DNA of 64,000 bases from Fidelibacterota bacterium (GTDB lineage Bacteria; Fidelibacterota; UBA2242; JAOZSR01), in NCBI GenBank assembly GCA_029939575.1, contig JAOZSR010000006.1, positions 4,037 through 68,036 on the forward strand. The letters run 5' to 3'. The notes below the pieces were generated by a model that was not told the origin of the DNA, did not search any database, and saw only the letters and a program-made list of their open reading frames with translations. Below, piece by piece: positions 39,579-49,558 of the stretch. Position 1 is the stretch's first letter. Every line of letters starts with the position of its first letter. The position numbers were made by a program, and so were the translations under genes.

Positions 39579-40321
39579 TGAATAATTTAGACCCACGAGT
39601 TAAAATTATCTGGGCTATTAGTTCCATTTTTTTAATATTTACTACCTATAATTTACCGGTTCAAATTGGAATGTGTTGTTGCATACTAATTTTGCCATTT
39701 TTATTTGGTTATTCAATTTCTGGTATGATTCAACCTGTAAAATATTTTTTGTTCTTTTTGCCATTCATTTTTTTTATTCATCTTATTTTTACTTCAGATT
39801 TTATAGCAAAGATATTTCAATCAAATCAAAACTGGCTTGTTGAGTTGACTCAGCCTTTAATATTTACATTTAGAATTGCTAATTTTATTTTGTTAAATAG
39901 TTTTTTATTTAAATGGATTGATAAAGTTTATTTTTTAGATGCTATATATATCCTCCTAAAACCTTTGAAAAAAATAAAAATACCGGTTGAAGACCTTTTC
40001 CAGGTTGTATTTATTGGTATTCGATTTTTTCCAATTATGTCAATAGAATATAAAAGAATTGACTCGGGCTGGAAAAATTTAATAAAAACAAAACAAAATA
40101 CAATAAAAGAACGAATTTTAAGAATCCGGGATTTAATAATTCCTCTGATGATATTTAGTTTTAGGAAAGCCGAAATTTTGGCAGAAGCAATGACAATCAG
40201 AGGTTATTCGGGGAATAACAGAACTTATTATCATTACTTAAAATTTTGTTTAAATGACTTTATTTTTGCAATTTTAGGGATTATTTTTTTTCTTTTGATA
40301 GTGATTAAGATTTTTATATGA
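39575..40321 (+). CDS. ecfT: energy-coupling-factor transporter transmembrane subunit (EcfT/CbiQ family), putative
   Basis: About 250 aa, polytopic. Conserved cytoplasmic motif …FRKAEILAEAMTIRGY (A-x3-A-x2-RG). Lies immediately upstream of truA, as in Firmicutes ecfAA'T-truA. Confidence 0.5.
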   Translation: MMNNLDPRVKIIWAISSIFLIFTTYNLPVQIGMCCCILILPFLFGYSISGMIQPVKYFLFFLPFIFFIHLIFTSDFIAKIFQSNQNWLVELTQPLIFTFRIANFILLNSFLFKWIDKVYFLDAIYILLKPLKKIKIPVEDLFQVVFIGIRFFPIMSIEYKRIDSGWKNLIKTKQNTIKERILRIRDLIIPLMIFSFRKAEILAEAMTIRGYSGNNRTYYHYLKFCLNDFIFAILGIIFFLLIVIKIFI

Positions 40322-41052
40322 AACGATACAGACTAGATATTGAATATGATGGAACTAATTATGTAGGTTGGCAGATTCAACCTAATGGAATTAGTATCCA
40401 GGGGGAAATTGAGCGCGGGCTAAAGGAATTGAACAAAGGAAAAAGAGTGTCCCTGGTAGGATCAGGAAGAACAGATAGCGGAGTTCATGCTTTAGGACAG
40501 GTCGCGCACTTTGATCTTACTACAAACCATTCACCCGGTGTAATAAAAAAAGCCATTAATGCCAAAACTTCACGTGATATTTTAATTCATAATTGTAGTA
40601 TTGTAGATGATGATTTTCATGCCAGGTTTCAGGCAAGGAGGAGAACCTACTGCTATAATATTATGCGAAAGCCTTCAGCAATTTTTCGTGATTTTGCCTG
40701 GCTACCGGAGTTAGAATTTGATGAAGAAATATTACATAAATGTGCCGAGTTGTTAATCGGAGTTCATGATTTTTCATCACTCTGTAAAAAATCAACAGAA
40801 GCAAAGTCAAAAATTTGTGAGATTTATAATTCTTCATGGAATAATAATGGAAAAATGTTAATTTATACTATCGTTGGGAATCGTTTTTTACATAGTATGG
40901 TTAGAATGATAGTTGGTTCAATGATGTTGGTAGCCCGAGGGAAAAAATATAAAATTGAAGATTTTAAAAATTTGATAAAAAATGAAAAGGTTGATTTTCT
41001 GGTTTTTACGGCTCCGGCTAAAGGTTTGTATTTGAATAAAGTTGAATATTAG
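40318..41052 (+). CDS. truA: tRNA pseudouridine(38-40) synthase
   Basis: RYRLDIEYDGTNYVGWQIQ…GSGRTDSGVHALGQVAHFD. Confidence 0.9.
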   Translation: MKRYRLDIEYDGTNYVGWQIQPNGISIQGEIERGLKELNKGKRVSLVGSGRTDSGVHALGQVAHFDLTTNHSPGVIKKAINAKTSRDILIHNCSIVDDDFHARFQARRRTYCYNIMRKPSAIFRDFAWLPELEFDEEILHKCAELLIGVHDFSSLCKKSTEAKSKICEIYNSSWNNNGKMLIYTIVGNRFLHSMVRMIVGSMMLVARGKKYKIEDFKNLIKNEKVDFLVFTAPAKGLYLNKVEY

Positions 41053-41060
41053 GAGATAAA

Positions 41061-42164
41061 ATGGATAAAAAAAATACAGTTGTTTTGTTAATAATTTTAA
41101 TATTTTCACTAAATCTGTGTGCAAATGAACAATCAAAAAATGAAAAATTAAATTCTACGCGCCATAATGCAATTACAAAGGCAATAGAAAAAGTAAGTCC
41201 GGCTGTTGCAAGTATAAACGTCACTGCGATTGAAGAGTATTATTCACGTTCCTTATTTAATGATCCACTATTTAATTTTCTGTTTCCTGATCAGATTAAT
41301 ACCAGGAAAGTAAAAAGTCTGGGATCCGGCGTTATTATCAGTAAAGAAGGTTATGTTGTTACCAATGCACATGTTGTACAAAATTCTCAGGAAATAATGG
41401 TTACACTTATTGGAGGAGAAAAACATACTGCAAAATTAATTGGAACAGATATTGCGACTGATATTGCTTTACTCAAAATGGATGGCGATGATTATGCATT
41501 TGCAGAATTAGGTTCTTCTGATGATATTATTATTGGGGAATGGGTTATTGCATTAGGGAATCCATTTGGGTTATTTAGTGTTGGCAATAAGCCTACAGCT
41601 ACAGCGGGTATTATTTCGGGGACAAATTTAAATTTTGGCAGACAGAGAGATGGGCGTGTTTATCAGGATATGATACAAACAGATGCTTCCATAAATACAG
41701 GGAATAGTGGAGGTCCATTAATTAATAGTAATGGTGATGTAATTGGTATAAACACATTTATTTTTACAGGTGGAAATTATAGTGAAGGTTCTATTGGGAT
41801 TGGTTTTGCGCTACCTATTAATCGTGTAAAATTAATAATTAACGAGTTGAAAAAATTTGGAAAGATAAACAGGGCTTTTAAAACTGGGCTCTCTGTTCAG
41901 AATGTTGATAAGTTTTTAGCCAAATACTTAGGATTATCATCAACATATGGTGTCATAGTCACTGATGTTGATAGAAATAGTTCTGGTGATAAGGCCGGAA
42001 TAAAAATAGGTGACGTAATTGTGAGGATTAACAAAAGAAATGTTCGTAATGATGATGATATAATTAGTGAAATTCAGGAGAATTATTTAAAAGTCGGTGA
42101 TACAATTTTACTTCAAATTTTAAGAGGTAAAAAGGAATTGAGAGTTAGCCTGGTTCTGGAATAA
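41061..42164 (+). CDS. HtrA/DegP-family periplasmic serine protease (trypsin domain plus one PDZ)
   Basis: Signal peptide. His …TNAHVV, Asp …DIALLK, Ser GNSGGPLIN. C-terminal PDZ (…GIKIGDVIVRINKRNV…). Confidence 0.85.
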   Translation: MDKKNTVVLLIILIFSLNLCANEQSKNEKLNSTRHNAITKAIEKVSPAVASINVTAIEEYYSRSLFNDPLFNFLFPDQINTRKVKSLGSGVIISKEGYVVTNAHVVQNSQEIMVTLIGGEKHTAKLIGTDIATDIALLKMDGDDYAFAELGSSDDIIIGEWVIALGNPFGLFSVGNKPTATAGIISGTNLNFGRQRDGRVYQDMIQTDASINTGNSGGPLINSNGDVIGINTFIFTGGNYSEGSIGIGFALPINRVKLIINELKKFGKINRAFKTGLSVQNVDKFLAKYLGLSSTYGVIVTDVDRNSSGDKAGIKIGDVIVRINKRNVRNDDDIISEIQENYLKVGDTILLQILRGKKELRVSLVLE

Positions 42165-42243
42165 AAAATAAAAAAAATATTTTTAAGGCAGGATTAACAT
42201 AATAATAATTAATTAAATCCTATTTGTGCAATAAAAAAGAGGA

Positions 42244-43545
42244 ATGAAAATGATTAATAGATATACACTACCTGAAATGGGGAAAATTTGGTCAGATCGA
42301 CATAAATTTGAAACCTGGTGGCAGGTAGAATGTGAAGTCTGCCGTGTCCAGGCAGAACGAGGTGAAATTCCTATAGAAGATTTTAAAATTATTGAAGATA
42401 AAGCAAATTTTAACGTTGAACGAATTTTGGAGATTGAAAAAGAAGTTAAGCACGATGTAATTGCATTTTTGACTAATGTGTCTGAATATGTTGGTGAACC
42501 GGCGCGACATATTCATAAAGGTATGACTTCTTCTGATCTTCTTGATTCTGCTTTGGCGCTTCAACTTGCAGATGCCGGTGAACTAATTTTAGATAAAATG
42601 AATAAAATTATAGGAGTGTTGGAATTAAAAGCAAGAGAGTATAAAGATATGCTTATGATTGGCAGAAGTCATGGAATTCATGCTGAGCCAATTACATTCG
42701 GCCTGAAATTTTTAATTTGGAAAGAGGAAATGCAGAGAAATCTGAAGCGATTTAAGTTGGCTTTGGAAGATGTTAAAGTAGGGAAAATTTCCGGAGCAGT
42801 TGGTACATATCAACATCTTGATATTGATGTAGAACAAAAGGTTTGTGAAAATCTTGGTTTAAAAGCCGCTCCTATTAGTAACCAGATTGTGCAACGTGAT
42901 AGACATGCATTTTTTGTTTCTACTCTTGCTGTTGTTGGTTCAACCTTAGAAAAAATAGCGGTTGAGATCAGGCACATGCAGCGAACTGAAGTTTTAGAAG
43001 CTGAAGAATTTTTTTCCAAGGGACAAAAGGGTTCCTCGGCAATGCCACATAAGAGAAATCCTATATTAACCGAGCGGATTTGTGGAATGGCAAGACTTAT
43101 CAAGGGTTATGCACAGACAGCTTTTGAAAATGTTGCCCTATGGCATGAACGAGATATTTCGCACTCATCAGCAGAAAGAGTTATTTTACCCGATACCTGT
43201 ATTACAATTGATTTTATTTTATATGAAACAACCCGGGTTTTGGAAAACCTTATGGTTTATCCGGAAAATATGATGAAAAATTTAAACCTGACCAGGGGCT
43301 TGATATTTTCTCAGGAAATTCTTCTTTTGTTAATAGAAAAAGGAGTTAGCCGTGAAAAAGCTTATCAGTTAGTTCAAAAAAATGCAATGCAGGTATGGCG
43401 AGAGGGTAAAGATTTTAAAGATCTATTATTGAACGATAATGAAATAAAGCAATTTTTAAAGGATTCTGAAATCAGATCAAAATTTAATTTGGATAAAATA
43501 TTAGCCAGGGTGGATTTGATTTACAAGAAATTAAATGTAAAATAG
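42244..43545 (+). CDS. purB: adenylosuccinate lyase
   Basis: Fumarate-lyase superfamily signature GSSAMPHKRNP; N-terminal YTLPEMGKIWSD. Confidence 0.9.
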   Translation: MKMINRYTLPEMGKIWSDRHKFETWWQVECEVCRVQAERGEIPIEDFKIIEDKANFNVERILEIEKEVKHDVIAFLTNVSEYVGEPARHIHKGMTSSDLLDSALALQLADAGELILDKMNKIIGVLELKAREYKDMLMIGRSHGIHAEPITFGLKFLIWKEEMQRNLKRFKLALEDVKVGKISGAVGTYQHLDIDVEQKVCENLGLKAAPISNQIVQRDRHAFFVSTLAVVGSTLEKIAVEIRHMQRTEVLEAEEFFSKGQKGSSAMPHKRNPILTERICGMARLIKGYAQTAFENVALWHERDISHSSAERVILPDTCITIDFILYETTRVLENLMVYPENMMKNLNLTRGLIFSQEILLLLIEKGVSREKAYQLVQKNAMQVWREGKDFKDLLLNDNEIKQFLKDSEIRSKFNLDKILARVDLIYKKLNVK

Positions 43546-43684
43546 AGATTAGTTGATTATTCTAATATTAATATTAGATTGTAATGCTAAAAAAACACCT
43601 TTGTAAAAAGACTATATAAATTTAAATTTAGCTATCTGAATATGATATTATTTGGTAAATAATTTTAGTTATTTTGGAGAAAAA

Positions 43685-44323
43685 ATGATAGCAAAAGAAG
43701 GTTTTAAAATAATATTACCAGCCTTGGCAGTTTCAATATTACTTAGTATCATGGCTATCTTATTTCCTTTATGGCCAATTAAAATTTTATTGTGGATCAG
43801 TTTATTATTTTTCCTTTTTTCTTTATATTTTTTTCGTGATCCGGAAAGACAAATTTCAAAAAAGGAAAAGATAATTGTTTCACCCGCTGATGGTAAAGTT
43901 GTTGGAGTTCAGGATATTCAACATGAAGAAATTGGAGAGGCAAAACTGATTGAAATTTTTATGTCGGTTTTTAATGTTCATATTAATCGGATGCCTTTCG
44001 ATGGTAAAGTCATATCAACAAAACATACTCCCGGAAAATTCTTGTCTGCTTTTAGTCCGGATGCCTCAGCGGTTAATGAGCAAAACTGTATAATTATAGA
44101 AAAAGATGGTTTTAAGATCAGCATTACCCAAATAGCAGGATTGATTGCTCGCAGAATTATCTCTTATTTATCAGTTGGTGATGAGGTGAAAAAAGGTGCA
44201 AAATTTGGACTGATAATGTTCGGATCAAAAGTTGATATAGTTGTACCGGCAAATGTAGAATTGTCTGTAAAAATTGGAGATAAAGTGTGCGGCGGCAGTT
44301 CAATTATTGGAGAAATTAAATGA
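43685..44323 (+). CDS. psd: phosphatidylserine decarboxylase proenzyme (short form)
   Basis: …VFNVHINRMPFDGKV… and a C-terminal self-cleavage-type motif LIMFGSKVDI. The track ORF begins at 43652. Confidence 0.75.
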   Translation: MIAKEGFKIILPALAVSILLSIMAILFPLWPIKILLWISLLFFLFSLYFFRDPERQISKKEKIIVSPADGKVVGVQDIQHEEIGEAKLIEIFMSVFNVHINRMPFDGKVISTKHTPGKFLSAFSPDASAVNEQNCIIIEKDGFKISITQIAGLIARRIISYLSVGDEVKKGAKFGLIMFGSKVDIVVPANVELSVKIGDKVCGGSSIIGEIK

Positions 44324-45054
44324 TAAAATTTCAAAGAAAATATATTCCCAGTTTGTTTACAATCTTAAATCTTTTTTCAGGCTTTCTGGCAATTTTACAA
44401 ATTATGGAGCATCATTATATAACAGCAGTTATGTTGATAATGCTGGCATCGGTATTTGATTTTGTAGATGGCAAAGTTGCCCGATGGATGAATCAGGAAT
44501 CGCAATTTGGAATTGAAATAGATTCTCTGTCCGATATAGTTTCCTTTTGCGTTGTTCCTGCCTTAATGATTAATAATATTTATGTTGCTGATCTTGGAAT
44601 AAAAAGTGGAATTATTAGTTTTTTTCCATTATTATTTGGAGCCATCAGATTAGCCAGGTTTAATACTTTTGCAACTGAAGGGAAGAAAAGTTACTTTATT
44701 GGATTACCGGTTCCTGCAAACGCCTTGATTATCGGTTCTTATGTTTGGTTTCAAAAGACATTAACCAGTGAGTTTGGTGATGCAAAAATAATTTTACCTA
44801 TGGTAATTGTTTTATCATTTTTAATGGTAAGTAATATTCATTTTGACTCAATGCCTCGTTTGACATTTAAAAATGGATTAATATCTACAATAAAAACAAT
44901 ATTGGTTGTTGCCGGAGTTGTCCTTGTTATTATTTTTAAAGGTTATATATTATTTCCAATTGCTATGGTTTATATTATAACTCATATTTTACTGTGGATA
45001 GTAGGAAATGAAGATCATCATCTTAAAGCAATAATTAAAAAGAAGGGTATATAA
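44320..45054 (+). CDS. pssA: CDP-diacylglycerol--serine O-phosphatidyltransferase
   Basis: CDP-alcohol phosphatidyltransferase motif DFVDGKVARW…GIEIDSLSDIVSF. Confidence 0.85.
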   Translation: MIKFQRKYIPSLFTILNLFSGFLAILQIMEHHYITAVMLIMLASVFDFVDGKVARWMNQESQFGIEIDSLSDIVSFCVVPALMINNIYVADLGIKSGIISFFPLLFGAIRLARFNTFATEGKKSYFIGLPVPANALIIGSYVWFQKTLTSEFGDAKIILPMVIVLSFLMVSNIHFDSMPRLTFKNGLISTIKTILVVAGVVLVIIFKGYILFPIAMVYIITHILLWIVGNEDHHLKAIIKKKGI

Positions 45055-45057
45055 ATT

Positions 45058-45315
45058 ATGTGGCTAGCTGAAGTAATTGTAAATTATAAAATCGGGATTT
45101 TAGATCCGGAAGCTAAAGCAATCCAAAATGCCCTATCTTCCATGGGCTATGAAGATGTTGAGCAAGTAGTTACGGGGAAATATTTTCAACTTACTTTTGG
45201 TCCTAAGGTAAATAAAGAAACAGCAGAAAATTTGACAAAGGAAAGTTGTGATAAATTACTCTCAAATCCTGTGATCCAGGATTATTCCTTTCAATTAAAA
45301 GAGGTTAAAGAATGA
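45058..45315 (+). CDS. purS: phosphoribosylformylglycinamidine synthase subunit PurS
   Basis: 85 aa; …[21 protein letters not shown]… PurS fold. Confidence 0.8.
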   Translation: MWLAEVIVNYKIGILDPEAKAIQNALSSMGYEDVEQVVTGKYFQLTFGPKVNKETAENLTKESCDKLLSNPVIQDYSFQLKEVKE

Positions 45316-45992
45316 AATTTGGAGTAGTTGTTTTTCCTGGTTCAAATTGTGATTATGATGCCTATTATGTGTTGAAAAAGGTGTTCAATGTACAGGTTGA
45401 ATATATTTGGCACAAAGAAACCAAATTACGCCGTTTTGATGTTATTATTCTTCCTGGTGGATTTTCCTATGGTGATTATTTGCGAGCCGGAGCTGTAGCG
45501 AAATTTTCTCCGGTAATGAAAGAGGTAATACAATTTGCAAAAAATGGAGGCTCTGTATTAGGTATATGCAATGGCTTTCAAATTCTTGTTGAAGCGGACT
45601 TATTACCAGGAGCTTTAATTACTAATAACCATTTGCAGTTTCGTTGTCAGGATGTTTTTTTAAAAGTAAAAAATACTGAATCCCGCTTCACAAAAAATTA
45701 TAACAAAGAAGATGTTTTAAAAATTCCAATTGCTCATCACAGTGGTAATTATTTTGCAGAAGAACATATTTTGAAAGAGCTTGAAGATGAAGATAGAATT
45801 GCATTTCAATATTGTAACTCTAAAGGTGAAGTTTGTGATGAAGCAAATCCAAATGGATCTAAGTTAAATATTGCCGGTATATTAAATAAAGAAAAAAATG
45901 TATTGGGAATGATGCCACATCCTGAAAGGGCTGCTGAAGAGCTTTTAGGATCAGAACATGGATTAGAACTTTTTAAATCTTTAATTGGGTAA
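45312..45992 (+). CDS. purQ: phosphoribosylformylglycinamidine synthase glutamine amidotransferase subunit PurQ
   Basis: Class-I GATase: GICNGFQIL (Cys), …HHSGNY…, MMPHPER (His). Confidence 0.9.
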   Translation: MKFGVVVFPGSNCDYDAYYVLKKVFNVQVEYIWHKETKLRRFDVIILPGGFSYGDYLRAGAVAKFSPVMKEVIQFAKNGGSVLGICNGFQILVEADLLPGALITNNHLQFRCQDVFLKVKNTESRFTKNYNKEDVLKIPIAHHSGNYFAEEHILKELEDEDRIAFQYCNSKGEVCDEANPNGSKLNIAGILNKEKNVLGMMPHPERAAEELLGSEHGLELFKSLIG

Positions 45993-45995
45993 AAA

Positions 45996-46268
45996 ATGGA
46001 AAAAAATGTAAAGTTTTCAATGATTTTTATTGTAGGTATGTTATTTATTGGTGCTATGTTTGGCTCTCTTTTGGGTGAATTGATGAAAATGGGAATCCCT
46101 GATGGTGTTGTTAAAGAGGTATTCCTAAGATCAATTGACATGAATTTTGGTCCTGCTGTAATTGATTTAATAATGTTTTCGATAACACTTGGATTTACAT
46201 TGAAGTTAAATTTAATTGGAATCGTTGGTATGGCAGTAGCGTATTACCTATTAAGGTATTGGAGATAA
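45996..46268 (+). CDS. hypothetical small membrane protein
   Basis: 90 aa with two hydrophobic helices. No family recognised. Confidence 0.35.
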   Translation: MEKNVKFSMIFIVGMLFIGAMFGSLLGELMKMGIPDGVVKEVFLRSIDMNFGPAVIDLIMFSITLGFTLKLNLIGIVGMAVAYYLLRYWR

Positions 46269-46283
46269 AGGAAGGAGTAGAAA

Positions 46284-46508
46284 ATGGGCGGTTTAGGCGC
46301 ATGGGAAGTTATATTAATTTTTTTGGTTTTATTATTATTGTTTGGAGCAAAACGGTTACCGGAATTAGCTAAAGGTCTCGGAAAAAGTTTAAAAGAATTT
46401 AAAAAAGCTACCAGTGATATTCAGGAAGAAATTGAAACAGCAATGGATGATACTAATCAAATTGATTCTTCGAAAAAAAATGATAAATCCAATAAAGATA
46501 AAGAATAA
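46284..46508 (+). CDS. tatA: twin-arginine translocase subunit TatA/E
   Basis: [42 protein letters not shown]; GGAGT RBS. Confidence 0.9.
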   Translation: MGGLGAWEVILIFLVLLLLFGAKRLPELAKGLGKSLKEFKKATSDIQEEIETAMDDTNQIDSSKKNDKSNKDKE

Positions 46509-46598
46509 AATAACATATTATTGTATTCATCATTAATTCTGTAAAACAAATTTAAAAGTTGATTATTGTAATGGATTGACTTTTTTGAACATTTAAAA

Positions 46599-46629
46599 AT
46601 ATTCCTGAATTTTTAGGAATATTTTTTTT
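46599..46629. terminator. rho-independent terminator after tatA (ATATTCCT-N8-AGGAATAT followed by T7)
   Basis: Seen in the sequence. Confidence 0.6.
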
Positions 46630-46791
46630 AGGAACAATAAGCCAAAAAAGTTGTAAAAATGGTACCAGGATGAAAAACTTGAAATATTTAGATATTTTAA
46701 AAACTAAACAATTGAGGAATGATAGGAAAAGAGTTAATTTACAGTGTTGGGACTAGATGTTAAAATGATTTTAAAAGAGAAATAAAGAATT

Positions 46792-47784
46792 ATGATATAT
46801 TTTGCTGATTGGGGATATCTGTTTTTTTTGTTGATTATACCAGTACTGGTTTTTTGGTATTTTAGGAAAGGTCAAAAAGCAGAATCCAGTTTTAAATATT
46901 CATCAATAAATAATTTGACCGAGTTAGTAGGAAATGGGCAAAAGTGGAAAATATATACCCTGCATAGTTTAAAATTATTAGCGATTATTTTATTTATTTT
47001 AGCATTGGGCAGACCACAAAAAGGAAATACTGTAAAAGAATTTACCAGTGAAGGAATTGATATTTTGTTGGTATTGGACATTTCCAGTTCGATGAAAGCT
47101 GTTGATTTTCAGCCAAACAGGCTTGAAGCAGCAAAAAATGTAGCAAGAAAGTTTATCGAAGGAAGACGTGACGATAGGATTGGCTTGGTGGTTTTTGGTG
47201 GAGAAAGCTTCCTGCAATGCCCCCTAACAATTGATTATGATGTTTTGAAAATGTTGTTGCAACAGGTGGAGATTATTGAGCAAAAATTTGATGGAACTGC
47301 CATAGGACTGGCCATTGCAAGTGGAATAAACAGGTTAAGAGAGAGTGCCGCGGAAAGTAAAGTTATGATTTTACTTTCAGATGGACGAAATAATGCCGGT
47401 GAATTAGATCCCCTGACTACCGCTGATATGGCAAAGGCATTTGGTATCAAAATTTATACGATTGGAGCCGGAAGACGAGGACGTGCACCATATCCCTATG
47501 TTGATCCATTTGGACAAAAAAAACATCAGCTCGTGGATGTTGAAATTGATGAACAGGTTTTACAAAGTATCGCCCAAAATACCGGTGGAAAATATTTTCG
47601 TGCAACAGATGAAAAAAGCCTTTTTTCTATTTATAAAGAAATAAGTGAAATGGAAAAAACTGAAATCAAAGTCAAGGAATTTACAAATTATACAGAACTT
47701 TATCATTATTTCTTACTTCCAGGTATCTTAATTTTATTAATTAGTACTTTGTTGGGTTTTACTTTATGGAGGAAGACTCCATAA
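46792..47784 (+). CDS. batA: aerotolerance-operon protein BatA (N-terminal TM plus vWA domain)
   Basis: Two N-terminal transmembrane helices, then a vWFA MIDAS motif DILLVLDISSSM. First gene of the batABCDE series. Confidence 0.8.
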   Translation: MIYFADWGYLFFLLIIPVLVFWYFRKGQKAESSFKYSSINNLTELVGNGQKWKIYTLHSLKLLAIILFILALGRPQKGNTVKEFTSEGIDILLVLDISSSMKAVDFQPNRLEAAKNVARKFIEGRRDDRIGLVVFGGESFLQCPLTIDYDVLKMLLQQVEIIEQKFDGTAIGLAIASGINRLRESAAESKVMILLSDGRNNAGELDPLTTADMAKAFGIKIYTIGAGRRGRAPYPYVDPFGQKKHQLVDVEIDEQVLQSIAQNTGGKYFRATDEKSLFSIYKEISEMEKTEIKVKEFTNYTELYHYFLLPGILILLISTLLGFTLWRKTP

Positions 47785-48806
47785 TGGTTAGATTTTCAAA
47801 TATAGAATTTTTTTGGTTTTTCGCCGGGTTCGTTTTAGTAGTGTTCTTCTTTATTTCTGCAAGTAGAAAAAGGAAAAAAGATATTTTAGCTTTTGGTGGA
47901 GCAAATCTTGCCGAAAAAATGTTAATCGGATATGTGCCACGTATTAGAAAATTAAAGGAAGTTCTGTTATTATCAGCATTATTTGTTTTACTTTTGGCTT
48001 TGACTGGTCCTCAGGTTGGAACAAAAATTACAGAAGTAAAGAGAAAAGGTATTGATATCATGATTGCAATTGATGTCTCTACGAGTATGAATGCCGAAGA
48101 TATTTCACCAAGCAGGTTAGGTAGAGCTAAATATGAGGCTAGCAAATTTATTGAAAGATTAAAAGGTGATCGGGTTGGTTTGGTAGCTTTTGCCGGAATT
48201 AGTTATCTCCATTGTCCTTTAACTTTAGATTACAGCGCTTCGAAATTATTCCTGGATGCTATTGATACCGGTATAATCGGAACCCAGGGAACTGCAATTG
48301 CCGACGCTATACTTTTATGTTTGAAATCATTTAAGAGTGATGTTAAAAAACACAAGGTTATAATTGTAATTTCTGATGGCGAAGACCATGAAGGTGATCT
48401 ATCAAAAGCGATAGATAAAGCAATAGAAGATGGTGTCATTATTTATTCAGTTGGTGTAGGTACTTTGTCGGGCTCACCAATACCTGTAATTAATAAAAAA
48501 ACCGGAGTAGTAGAGTTTAAAAGAGATCGCGGGAATCGTGTAGTAACTTCATCATTAGAAGAGGAATCACTTCAAAAAATTGCCGCAATGACCGGTGGTG
48601 AATATTATAGTATGGAAATGATTCCAGACGTATTTCCCAGAATTTATAAGTCAATAACCGGTTTGGAAGAAAAAGAATTTAGCACTCATGAATATAGTGA
48701 TTATAGAGAACAATTCCAGATTTTTCTTGTTATTGGATTAATATTATTACTCTTAGAAATATTATTACCTGAAAAAATATATAAAAAAAATGGTGAAAAT
48801 GGTTAA
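47784..48806 (+). CDS. batB: BatB (TM plus vWA domain)
   Basis: MIDAS motif DIMIAIDVSTSM. Start taken at the ATG overlapping the batA stop (TAATG), after GGAGGAAG; the track ORF begins at 47766. Confidence 0.8.
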   Translation: MVRFSNIEFFWFFAGFVLVVFFFISASRKRKKDILAFGGANLAEKMLIGYVPRIRKLKEVLLLSALFVLLLALTGPQVGTKITEVKRKGIDIMIAIDVSTSMNAEDISPSRLGRAKYEASKFIERLKGDRVGLVAFAGISYLHCPLTLDYSASKLFLDAIDTGIIGTQGTAIADAILLCLKSFKSDVKKHKVIIVISDGEDHEGDLSKAIDKAIEDGVIIYSVGVGTLSGSPIPVINKKTGVVEFKRDRGNRVVTSSLEEESLQKIAAMTGGEYYSMEMIPDVFPRIYKSITGLEEKEFSTHEYSDYREQFQIFLVIGLILLLLEILLPEKIYKKNGENG

Positions 48807-49557
48807 CAATAATATTAAAGAATTTATATTTCGAATTTTAATGTTTATGATTATTTTGTCTATTTCAGCTGTTGTTTATGGTAAAGATAAAGCCAGTGAA
48901 TTATTCAAGTCAGGAAAATACCAGGAAGCGTTAAAATACTATGAAATGATTTTGAAGGAACATCCCGAATGGGAAGAGGCTCATTTTGGTAAAGGCGCTT
49001 CTCTATATAAATCAGAGAAAATAGAAGAAGCATTGAAGGAGTTTGAAAGATCAATTTCTTCAGATGATCCGGAATTGAAAGCAGCAGCTTATTATAATAT
49101 TGGTAATGCTTTGTTGAAGGCTAAAAAGTTAGAAGAGAGTCTAAAGTTTTTTCAAAAATCAATGGAATTAAACCCCAATGATTTGGATTCAAAATATAAT
49201 CATGAGTTGGTTCGCAGAATGATGCAACAGCAGCAACAACAGGAAAAGCAGCAACAAAAAAATAAAGATCAGGACAAAAACAAGAAGCAGGATAAAGAAC
49301 AGCAAAGAAACCAAGATAATAAGAATCAGGGCCAGGAAAAAGAGCAAAAACAACAGCAACAACAGCAACAGCAGGAAAAAAATAAAGAAAAAAAAGAACA
49401 AGAAAAACAGCAACAAAAAAATAAACAGGATTTGCAAAAAAAAGAAAAACAAAACGCTGCCCAACTACTTGATGCTTTAAAAGAAGATGAAAAAGAATTA
49501 ATGAAAAAGCGGCTAAAAACCAAATATTCCGGAGTAAAAAAAGAAAAAGATTGGTAA
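48790..49557 (+). CDS. batC: BatC-like TPR protein with a Gln/Lys/Glu-rich low-complexity region
   Basis: N-terminal TM, TPR repeats (…YQEALKYYEMIL…AYYNIGNALLKAKK…), then about 90 aa of Q/K/E/N low-complexity sequence. Confidence 0.65.
   Translation: MVKMVNNNIKEFIFRILMFMIILSISAVVYGKDKASELFKSGKYQEALKYYEMILKEHPEWEEAHFGKGASLYKSEKIEEALKEFERSISSDDPELKAAAYYNIGNALLKAKKLEESLKFFQKSMELNPNDLDSKYNHELVRRMMQQQQQQEKQQQKNKDQDKNKKQDKEQQRNQDNKNQGQEKEQKQQQQQQQQEKNKEKKEQEKQQQKNKQDLQKKEKQNAAQLLDALKEDEKELMKKRLKTKYSGVKKEKDW
49219..49440. repeat. CAG/CAA/AAA-rich low-complexity DNA encoding the poly-Q/K tract of batC
   Basis: Runs such as cagcagcaacaacaggaaaagcagcaacaaaaa and caacagcaacaacagcaacagcag seen in the sequence. 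Confidence 0.6.
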
Positions 49558-49558
49558 A

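Noticed and set aside
49189-49523. Minus-strand poly-Leu/Phe and poly-Cys ORFs (91 and 65 aa)
   Set aside because: They are antisense read-throughs of the CAG/CAA/AAA low-complexity DNA inside batC, with no independent signal.
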